Made by a program: the position numbers and the translations under genes. A stretch of 63,738 bases of DNA, counting the filler, from Thraustochytrium aureum (lineage: Eukaryota): assembly GCA_012862495.1 (NCBI GenBank). It is 6 parts of 6 records of this genome, joined end to end, with 100 filler letters (N's around TTAATTAATTAA, not from the genome) between each part and the next. Parts side by side here need not be neighbours in the genome. Positions count along the whole stretch, not along the records: positions 38,626 to 59,954 come from BLSG01000046.1; positions 60,055 to 61,235 come from BLSG01000050.1; positions 61,336 to 63,738 come from BLSG01000053.1; 3 more parts are not named here. One strand, given 5' to 3'. The notes beneath the pieces are model-generated. The model saw only the letters and a program-made list of their open reading frames with translations, did no database searches and was not told the DNA's origin. Positions 54,880-63,738 of the stretch are shown here, in pieces (within the stretch, counting starts at the first letter, position 1; each line of letters begins with the position of its first letter).

Positions 54880-56963
54880 ATGGAAGGCGCTGTGGCTGTG
54901 CGACGGCAGGTGGACGAGCCCAGACCGAGCAAGGTCGAGGCGCCGCAGGTGCTGACTGCGCCAGCCGGCGCCGGCGAGGCGAGCGGCGGCGTGGCTCGGA
55001 GGGACGCCGCCGGACTAGTCGCGCAGAGGCCGCCAAGGGCGCCGCACGCCTGCGGCGCAGAGGATGTCGCGCACCTACCCGCGGAGGTGGAGAGCGGCAA
55101 CCACGAGTACAAGTTCCAGCTCGCGTACGCGTCAGAGGAGCGTGTGCGCCGGCTAACGTCGCAGATGAAGTGGCGCCTCGCTGAAGGCGGCGGCGAGGCG
55201 CGCTACTCTGTGGGGGTCGAGGACGACGGAACTCCAACCGGGATCCCCCCGGAAGAGCTTCGCCGCTCCCTCGCCACACTCAAGCGCATGGCCAGCGAGC
55301 TGGACTGCTCCTTCGCGGAGCTCAAGGTCTCGCGCGGATTGGCGCGCGGCGCCAAGACCGCCTTCGTACGAATCCGATCCAACCCAAGGGACAAGATTCC
55401 GCCAGAGCTGCGCGTCATTGTGCTGGGCGAGTCCGGGGCCGGGAAAACGACGCTCATTGGTGTTCTCAAGCAAGGCCAGGCCGACGACGGGGCAGGCCTC
55501 GCGCGCATGCAGGTGCTGCAGCACCAGCACGAGATGGACCAGGGCCTGACCTCGAGCGTGTCGTGCCACAACATCTGGTTCGACAAGTCCGGCGAGGCCG
55601 ACTTGGACTTTGACGATGAAGACGTGCGGTCAAGCGTGTTCGCGGACCTCGGCGAGGGCGCCGCAGCGGCAACTGGGATTGAAGAGTACAGCAAGGTGGT
55701 TGGCCTCATCGACACGGCGGGGCACCCGCGCTTCGTCAAGTCTGCCTTCTACGGGCTGGAAGTGCTGCAGCCGGACTTTGCCCTCGTCGTTGCGGACGCC
55801 GAGACGCTCGCCGCGGCTTCCGTGCCAGGCGCCGATCCGCTCAAGCTGCTCCCCGTGACCGCCAATCTGGTTCACGCCTGCCGCGCCATCGGGCTACCAT
55901 TCGCGGTGGTTGTGAGCAAACTAGATGTCCTTGAGTCGGACGAGGCGCGCACTAGCGCCGAGCGAGGCGTTGAGGCCCTTTTGGCTGCTGCGTCTGTGCC
56001 GGCCCCGCAGCGCGACCAGACTCGCATCTTCTTGTGCTCGAGCGTCCGTCTGGACGGGGCGGACGCGCTGCGATCGTTTCTAGGGACCGGGATAGGCGCC
56101 CGCAGGCGCGTAGACGTGGTGGACGCCGCGGGAGTGTGCATGTTTGTGCGCGAAGCGTTCTACATCATTGGCTTTGACGGGGCCATCCTGGGCGGCATCC
56201 CGCTCTCCGGGACCGTCCGCCTCTACGACAGGCTGAAGCTAGGGCCGGACGAGTATGGTGCCTTCCACACTGTCTCGGTGGAAAGCATCCGGACGGCCTA
56301 TGGCCAGAGCGTGACGAGTATTTCAAAGGGCCACACGGCCACGCTCGGGGTCCGTCTTGTGCCTACCGATGACTCGGAGACGGCGAGGCTCGTGTGCGGC
56401 GCGCCGTTCCAGCACGTGACCAGCGCGCAAAGCGCGCGTGGCGCGTCGGATGGCCTTTTGGCGAAGGGCGAGGACAGCGGCGGCGAGGAGTGCGAGGAGT
56501 GCGAGTCGCCTACCTTTGCCACGCAGCAAGCGTTTTTCCGGCATGTTGTGCGCAGAGGCACCTGCTTGCTCTCGCTCGATGCCGCCGCGCGCGCCTCGCG
56601 GACGATCACGCTGCAGGTTGACGACTGGCTCAGCTTCTCGGCCAAGCGCGGCGTCTGCACGCTCAACCCGGCGTTCGTGCCTGACTTGACCAAGGTGTAC
56701 CATTTTGTCTTCGTAGCAACACGGTCAAGCGCGGCGCGACGCTCATCGACGCGCGCCCTGGGCTGCTTCAAGTTCGCCTCCAGTCGGGGCCTGAGCTCAT
56801 AATTCCCGGGGCGCACATTATCGTGCAGCACAACTCGCTCGTCGCCGTTGCGACGGTTGTGGAAGCAGCTGGCGACACTGTGGGACTGGATCCTGCGACG
56901 CCGCCGAGCTGCGTGCAAGCTGGCGCAGAGCAGGAAGCGCAACAGGGAGTGAATGTATTATGA
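54880..56963 (+). CDS. GTPBP1/GTPBP2-like translational GTPase (frameshift near 56705)
   Basis: LPAEVESGNHEYK, LTSQMKWRLAEGGGEA.Y..GVEDDG, GESGAGKTT, HQHEMDQGLTSS, DTAGH, SKLD, LGPDEYGAF. Domain III continues in a shifted frame to TGA at 56963. Confidence 0.88.
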
Positions 56964-57102
56964 GTAAATGAATGCCTTCTCGGGTTTCTTGCGCGCTCTT
57001 CTTGGGATTGCGTCATCCCAATTTGATTGATACCTACTCTGCCTACTTTGATTGAAACTGAAAGAGAAATCGACGCGAGAGAGCGGGTCGCCACAATGGC
57101 CG

Positions 57103-57532
57103 CTAGAACGAGGCGCGCCGAGGCACAATATAATCGCCGTTCGCGGCGAGCGCCTTTTGCGACTCCGCCAACTCGGCAAGCCGCTGCGAGGTCTCTGCCA
57201 CATCCTTCTTCAGCTTGTTCTTCCGCACCATATCAATAACCGAGGTCGTGTGCTTGCGGAGCGCAGCCCACTTGACGTGCTCTGCGGAGCCCTCGACAAA
57301 GTTGGTCTCGCGCGCTCGGATACAGCGCTCGCTCATTCGCCCAATCACGGCATTTGCGATAGTAAACCGCCGAAGGTTGTTGTCAATCAAAAAGTCCACC
57401 TCCTCTGTTGCCCTCTTGGCTTCCTTGACGGACTTGACCAGGTTGCGCTGCGACCGGCGTGCATGGAAAACCTCCTTTTGGATGTCTTCGAGCGTGCCCC
57501 GCCGCATCATCATTGCTCCGTCGTGAAGAACC
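57103..57532 (-). CDS. 3' fragment of a hypothetical helical protein (5' end in gap)
   Basis: Open frame from the gap to the stop at 57103 with protein-like composition. Confidence 0.5.
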
Positions 57533-58448
57533 NNNNNNNNNNNNNNNNNNNNNNNNNNNNNNNNNNNNNNNNNNNNNNNNNNNNNNNNNNNNNNNNNNNN
57601 NNNNNNNNNNNNNNNNNNNNNNNNNNNNNNNNNNNNNNNNNNNNNNNNNNNNNNNNNNNNNNNNNNNNNNNNNNNNNNNNNNNNNNNNNNNNNNNNNNNN
57701 NNNNNNNNNNNNNNNNNNNNNNNNNNNNNNNNNNNNNNNNNNNNNNNNNNNNNNNNNNNNNNNNNNNNNNNNNNNNNNNNNNNNNNNNNNNNNNNNNNNN
57801 NNNNNNNNNNNNNNNNNNNNNNNNNNNNNNNNNNNNNNNNNNNNNNNNNNNNNNNNNNNNNNNNNNNNNNNNNNNNNNNNNNNNNNNNNNNNNNNNNNNN
57901 NNNNNNNNNNNNNNNNNNNNNNNNNNNNNNNNNNNNNNNNNNNNNNNNNNNNNNNNNNNNNNNNNNNNNNNNNNNNNNNNNNNNNNNNNNNNNNNNNNNN
58001 NNNNNNNNNNNNNNNNNNNNNNNNNNNNNNNNNNNNNNNNNNNNNNNNNNNNNNNNNNNNNNNNNNNNNNNNNNNNNNNNNNNNNNNNNNNNNNNNNNNN
58101 NNNNNNNNNNNNNNNNNNNNNNNNNNNNNNNNNNNNNNNNNNNNNNNNNNNNNNNNNNNNNNNNNNNNNNNNNNNNNNNNNNNNNNNNNNNNNNNNNNNN
58201 NNNNNNNNNNNNNNNNNNNNNNNNNNNNNNNNNNNNNNNNNNNNNNNNNNNNNNNNNNNNNNNNNNNNNNNNNNNNNNNNNNNNNNNNNNNNNNNNNNNN
58301 NNNNNNNNNNNNNNNNNNNNNNNNNNNNNNNNNNNNNNNNNNNNNNNNNNNNNNNNNNNNNNNNNNNNNNNNNNNNNNNNNNNNNNNNNNNNNNNNTTTT
58401 TTTTCTTTTTCCGGGGCGGGATTGTTTGATTTTTTGGGGTGTTTTTAG

Positions 58449-59954
58449 GTGGCGGTTTTGGGCGGTTGGTCAGGCCGCGTGCGAGACGCGATGGTGGCAT
58501 TCTTGACCGCAGAAGAGCGCCTGAAGGCGAGTCAGGCGGGGTCGAAATGGCTCGTGGACAAGGCGGAGAGTGCGCTGGCGGAGTTTGAAGTTGAGGCGAG
58601 GAAGCACAGCGAAAAGGTGGCGGCCTTGGTGGAGGAAAATGAGGCGCTGCGGCAGCGCACCGAGGTCGTTGGCACCGTGGACGCCCTGACAAAGGAGCTC
58701 AAGAACGCGACCGATGAAAAGGAACGGCTCGCCGACGAGATCGCCAAGCTGAAGCGCGAGGCAGACGCCGCTGCGCAGCGACTGATGGCCGCTGAAAACC
58801 TGGCCAATTACCGGAAAGACGAGGTGAGCAAGCTGCAGGAAGAGCTTGAGGAAGCTGGTGCCCGCGCCAGGGCAGAGCGACAGCGCGCCGCCAAGCTGGA
58901 AGACGAGGTGCGCGCCCTGCAGAGCAACGACGGCAAGGCCGAGGTGGAGCTCGCACGACGCAAAGCCGAGCTCAAGGAGAAGGAAAGCGAGTGGTTGCGA
59001 GAGTCGCTCGAGGAGCGCGCCAAGGAGCTACTGGACCTCCGCAAACTGCGCGACGCCCAAGTGGGCGAGCTCGAGGCGCGCGTTGACCGGCAGGCCGAGG
59101 AATTGCGCGCCATGCAGGAGCGCGTGCAGAGCCTTCGCGAACAAGTCGAGGCTGCTCAGGCGAGCCGCGACGAGGAAGTCGCGCGGCGCATCGAGACAGA
59201 GCGTCTGGCCAACGAGGACAAGCGCGGGCTCGAAAAGCTCCTAGAGTCGGAAGGGCGCGTCCGGACCGCGCTCAAGGCGCGGGCTGAGGACCAGGCTCGT
59301 GAGCTGGAAGCCTCAGGGGCACAGCTCGACCGCGCCACGGAGGAGCTCATCGAGACCAAGACGCAGCACGAGCAGGCGATGGCCGAGCTCCAGCGCGTCG
59401 CCCGTGAGCAGGTGGCCCAGCTCAAGGAGGGCCACGCGGCAGATCTTGCAGCCGCCAAGGCTGCGAACGACGAGCTGAAGCGCGAGTTGAAGGCCAAGGA
59501 GACCGCGAGCATCGAGCACGTGTCAAACATCTCCGGGACCGCTGCTGACGCAAACTTGGCAGCGCAGGGCCTGACGATGACCGAAATGTATCGTCAGCTG
59601 GCCGAGTCGCGCGAGGCGCGCGCACGGGACCAGCAGGAGATCAAGAGCCTCAAGGGGTATTTGCAGCGTATTCTGGCCGACATTGAGCGCAACGCGCCAG
59701 TGGTGGCCGAGCTGCGCGAAAAATACGACCGGGCTCTCGAGGCCTACGACAGGCTCTCGAGCTCGCAGGCGGACATACTCCGCGAGGCGGACGAACTCCG
59801 CGATGCCAACCAGTCGTTACGGCGCGACCTGGATGCTGCAAGGGACGAGGGAGCGCTGGCCAAGCAGGACGCCGAGGATCTCGCCCGGCAGGTCCAGAAC
59901 CTGCTGTGGGCTCAGCACAAGAGCAGCAGCGGCAACGCAGGCGGCGGCGGCGGC
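58449..59954 (+). CDS. TPR: Nucleoprotein TPR/Mlp1-like nuclear basket coiled-coil protein, N-terminal part (truncated)
   Basis: Long coiled coil with GLTMTEMY, YLQRILADIERNAPVV..LREKYDR and DLARQVQNLL, motifs typical of TPR/Mlp1. Confidence 0.8.
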
Positions 59955-60054
59955 NNNNNNNNNNNNNNNNNNNNNNNNNNNNNNNNNNNNNNNNNNNNTT
60001 AATTAATTAANNNNNNNNNNNNNNNNNNNNNNNNNNNNNNNNNNNNNNNNNNNN
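59955..60054. other. Artificial contig-joining linker
   Basis: TTAATTAATTAA at 59999-60010. Confidence 0.97.
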
Positions 60055-60056
60055 CT

Positions 60057-61235
60057 GGCAAGACCTCGCTTGTTCGGTCACTTCTGGGGAAGGAGTTTAA
60101 CGCAGAAGAAGAGTCAACTGTAGGTGCTGAGCTCCACAAAGTCACGGTGACGGGGGTCTGGAACGAGCTGACCATTGGCGATAAGCACAACACTGCGGAT
60201 CTGATGGCCCGTCGCAACGTGACTCGCAAGAGCAGGGGAAGTTCGGCATCGTCAAAGATTGGTGATGTAGCGAAAGGGATGACAAAGAGGGTCTCGAGGG
60301 CCTTGTCACGGCCAAAGTCCACCACGCGCGCTCGGGAACTTGAGCATGTGCCTCAGACCCTTGACGAAAAGCATGAGTTCGAGGAAGGCGAGTGCGTGAA
60401 GCGGTATGCTGACCTGAAAGTAGACGCCTCTGATCCTGAGAAGCGGCTTACCTTGTCTCTGTGGGACTTTGCCGGCCAGGAGGTGTTTTACTCTTTACAC
60501 CACTTGTTTTTGACAGAGCATGGGATCTACCTGGTCGTTTTTAACAGCGAAATCCTCGTGAAGGGTGAGGATAGTGCAGAGTCATCAACGTTGCGGTTCT
60601 GGCTGGATTCCATTCGCCTCCACACCAAAAAGGCTCGCGTCCTTCTTGTCGGGACGCATCGAGATCAAATCTCCGACAAGCAGGTGAAAAAAGTGGATGA
60701 GATTGTCAGGCAGATTGTCAAAACCTGTAAGATGAGGACGCGTCGGCTGAAAAACACGGTGGCGAAATTGGATTTTTTCCCAGTGGACAATAAATCGAGG
60801 AACGGGGTTGACGTGGTTAGCAAAATGATCTCGGAGCAGGCTCTCGAACTTGAAACCGTGAAGCAGGAGGTCCCGCTCCGGTGGGTCAATATGCTCGACA
60901 CACTCGTAGAGCTCGATGAGCCAAAGTTTAGCAGTGAGCGTGTGAAGGAGATCGCAAAGTCGTGTGGTGTCTCAGATCAGGAGAGAATGCTACGGTTTTT
61001 CCACAAACTCGGCTTGCTGGTGTTCTTAAAACAGACCGCAAGCCTCAAGGAGTTGGTCGTCGTTGACCCTCAGTGGCTCATAGAACAACTCACCCGTGTC
61101 GTGCGGGATCGCGACCATATCGAACTCATCTGCAGAGAGGAGGGCGCCGAAGACTTTGAGGACGATATCCAAAATTGGGAGGACAAGGGTCTTGTGAGCA
61201 AAAGCCTACTCGCCTACTTGTGGAGAGAGCTTGAA
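60057..61235 (+). CDS. ROCO protein fragment (Roc GTPase plus COR domain)
   Basis: GKTSLVRSLLG.EF....ESTVG, LWDFAGQEVFYSLHHLFLT..GIYLVVFN, FWLDSI, LLVGTHRD, then COR motifs EVPLRW, LRFFHKLG, VVVDPQWL; open across the whole contig. Confidence 0.93.
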
Positions 61236-61335
61236 NNNNNNNNNNNNNNNNNNNNNNNNNNNNNNNNNNNNNNNNNNNNTTAATTAATTAANNNNNNNNN
61301 NNNNNNNNNNNNNNNNNNNNNNNNNNNNNNNNNNN
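61236..61335. other. Artificial contig-joining linker
   Basis: TTAATTAATTAA at 61280-61291. Confidence 0.97.
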
Positions 61336-62330
61336 CTCGCTCGCCAGCAGGCCGGTAGAGCATGATCAGTCCACGTGTACCTGCGACACGACTAATGATG
61401 GCGCGCTCGCTTTTGACGCAAGCAGCGGGGACTGCAAGTGCGTTTCGGCGGCCTCTTTCTGAACCCAACGAGTTGCATGCCCTGCGATGTGAACAAGTAC
61501 GTGAGTGATGCTGGGACATGCGAGCAGTGCGGCATCTTTGCCAGTCGTTCCGAAACCCAAGACCAATCGTCCTGCACCTGTGCAGCGCTGCCGGGCCTCC
61601 GCTGGATTTCAAGGCGAGCAGCAGCAACTGCGAATGCTCGTCGGGTCCACTCGTGCAAGGTCCGGCTGCTGTCGATGTGAGCCAAACTGAAGGCTCCGAT
61701 GGAAACCAAGGCGGTACTATTCCAACACACTGGCAGTCGTTCAGCCCGACGAAGAGCGGGAGGCTCGACAGCATTATGCTGCACCTTGGCTGCGGTAAAG
61801 CATCGGGCTCGAATACCATCACTTTCGGCTTGCGTCCCAAACAAGGGATGTCGCAACCTTCTATGGGAACCTGGCGGGAGACCGTTTCGTGTACGCCCGG
61901 CGTCACTGAGCGCACGTTCATAGTTCCGCCCTCTCTCTTTCTTGCCAGTTTCCTCGTGAAAGGGCAGACCTACACTATTACGTTCTCGTACTACGAGTAC
62001 TTCGGCGGAGTATCACCAGGAATAAATTGGTACAAGCACAGCGGTTACAGCGACCGGTACACCGCAGGCCGCAGCAGTCTCGGCATTGGCGACTTTGCTT
62101 TCAAGACGGTCATGGCTGCGACCACTTGCCCTAGCTCTCGTTTGTAGAGACCTGCACGAAAATGAGTTCGTCAACGAAGGATGGCTCGTGCAGGGCGTGC
62201 TGCGTGCTCAGCATCTAGTTGCTCTTCGGGCAGCGAGCTTCAATTGCCGAGGTGCTGAACGGAGGCTGACGGTTGAGTCGCGTGGACCACAGCTGTGGGG
62301 TCCGTCGGAGTGGCGCCTGGACTACTAGGA
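61336..62330 (+). pseudogene. Degenerate Cys-rich (GCC2/GCC3- or TNFR-like) surface protein gene
   Basis: PAGR*S (a broken CPAGRYS), SCMPCDVNKY..GTCEQC, SSCTC, NCECSSG, then a beta-rich domain (WQSFSPTKSGRLDSI, LVKGQTYTI); several stops and frameshifts. Confidence 0.5.
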
Positions 62331-63738
62331 GCACTCCCAGCCTGCTACCGCGTTTCGCAACCGGAGCACCCTCTTGAGAGACCGTCGGGTCTTTGGGAGT
62401 ACGTGCGGGCCCCGCTGACGAGCCCACCACGATGAATACTGTCGTCCGCCGTGCGCGGGGCCTCTGATATTCCAAACGGAGCGCTACCTTGGGCGCTCCA
62501 TGTGCTTGCTCTGCCAATCAGCCCACCTTTCAAATTCTTAAATCCTCCCTTGCACAGGCCGAAACTCGGCGTTTTCCCCAGGACCCGATCTCGCGCGAGA
62601 GGACCGCGACCGAGCGTGCCGTTCTTGCGGCCCCCTTGCAAGGCTTTCACGATCGCCAAGGGTCGCGACGCAAACCCGATTCGGCTTTGACCCTTTGTGT
62701 GGTCCAACTCAAGTGTGTGGCCCAGCCTGCTGGTCTCCTCGCAGCCAGAGGACCCAGTTGCACCTGGTTGGGCCGGTTCCAACGTTCAACCTCGCGTCTT
62801 TGAGCTTAGCGACGCGGATAGCACTGATGTCGACAAGCAGACTCTGCGACCGAGCTCGAGCGAAACTCGCGATATCCGAAGGAGGCGCTGGCGCCGGCTG
62901 TGGAGCTAGCTCCTCGCGAGGCAGGCCAAGAGCAGATTCCTTCATCGAACCGCGACGCTCTCCAATAGCTGTGCGACTACAGCGGCGCGTTGCAGGCAGG
63001 TCTCGACGTTTCGTTATTTGGGATGCGATGATTGACTCGAACGCTTACCTTTCTGCAGTATTCGAGCCTGTGTGCGCGTCGCGTCGGGTTGTTGCTCGCA
63101 TTGCCGATTCGTTCACCTTTCCGAGGTCGCGATCTCGTCTCGTCCAGCGTACATAACGTAGAAACACCCCGAAGGTTTGGCAGTGGTGCTTCTTTCACGT
63201 GTCGTTTGAGGTCGCGCCTCCCGCCTTTTAGCGTTGTGCACATGGACGCGCCTCGCCTCGAGGCCATCAATCCTATTGCTCGGCCACAGACCGTTTGAGC
63301 GGGCACAGTTTGTTGGGGGCGGAGGCGTGCACCACCTCACGCTGCGCATCGCGCGACCAACAGCCCCAAGCTGGTGTTCGTGCGAGCCCCAGCCGTCGGC
63401 GCCCCCGACCGCGAAGGGCGGCTGGCAAGGCCGCGCCCAGTCGAGCTCGTGGCGTGTTTGTTGGCGTTTCGAAGCGCCGCGCCGCGGCCGACACGGGCGA
63501 GGAAGGCGCGCTGCGCGAGGCGGGAGGGAGCAAGGCGATGCGATGCCAGGCAGACACGAACGAGCCCGAGCTCCGGGAGGTCTTGCGCATCGCTCTTGAT
63601 CATCAAGAGACGTCTCGATCGCAAGAATACCGTTCATGGCACCCTCGACAATGCGGGTTGCAGCAAGTGGGCGAGCGGACACCGAGCGAGGCGCGCCGCC
63701 GCGCTGAGCGAAGATGGACGTTGCGAGCCTCGCGCAAA

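Noticed and set aside
62700..63738. Short ORFs at the window end
   Set aside because: No recognisable motifs or consistent coding frame.

Overview
GC-rich, intron-poor eukaryotic (protist) draft sequence; a stramenopile such as a thraustochytrid is my inference from gene content, not something shown directly. The window is a concatenation of six unrelated pieces joined by artificial N-TTAATTAATTAA-N linkers (8859-8958, 25142-25241, 38526-38625, 59955-60054, 61236-61335), so adjacency across linkers has no biological meaning. Piece 1 (1-8858) is an apparently complete 8.86-kb DNA transposon: 9-bp terminal inverted repeats CACAGTGCA...TGCACTGTG, subterminal repeats, an intact 1391-aa Plavaka-type transposase with a C2H2 finger and a possible Tudor-like tail, and a divergent orphan ORF. 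Piece 2 holds an M14 carboxypeptidase, an EF-hand/HCN-like channel with a GYE filter, an IQ+LRR protein and a Dispatched/Patched-like protein. Piece 3 holds a tail-anchored UMP-CMP kinase, Cbp3+WW, a tandem-domain inositol polyphosphate kinase, and a gene largely missed by the ORF track. That gene has ten 84-nt and one 93-nt symmetrical phase-2 exons, each encoding one RI-type LRR with variable surface residues, spliced onto a coiled-coil/kinase/RING/Rcat-like module; it is a candidate exon-shuffling immune or sensor receptor. Piece 4 holds a GST-like protein, a PH-like protein, PDI-C, an EF-hand membrane protein, a tandem-SH2 protein with a Tyr-rich tail, MetH, a GTPBP1/2-type GTPase and TPR/Mlp1. 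Piece 5 is a Roc-COR fragment and piece 6 a degenerate Cys-rich surface-protein gene. Many conserved genes carry single-base frameshifts that are probably assembly errors.
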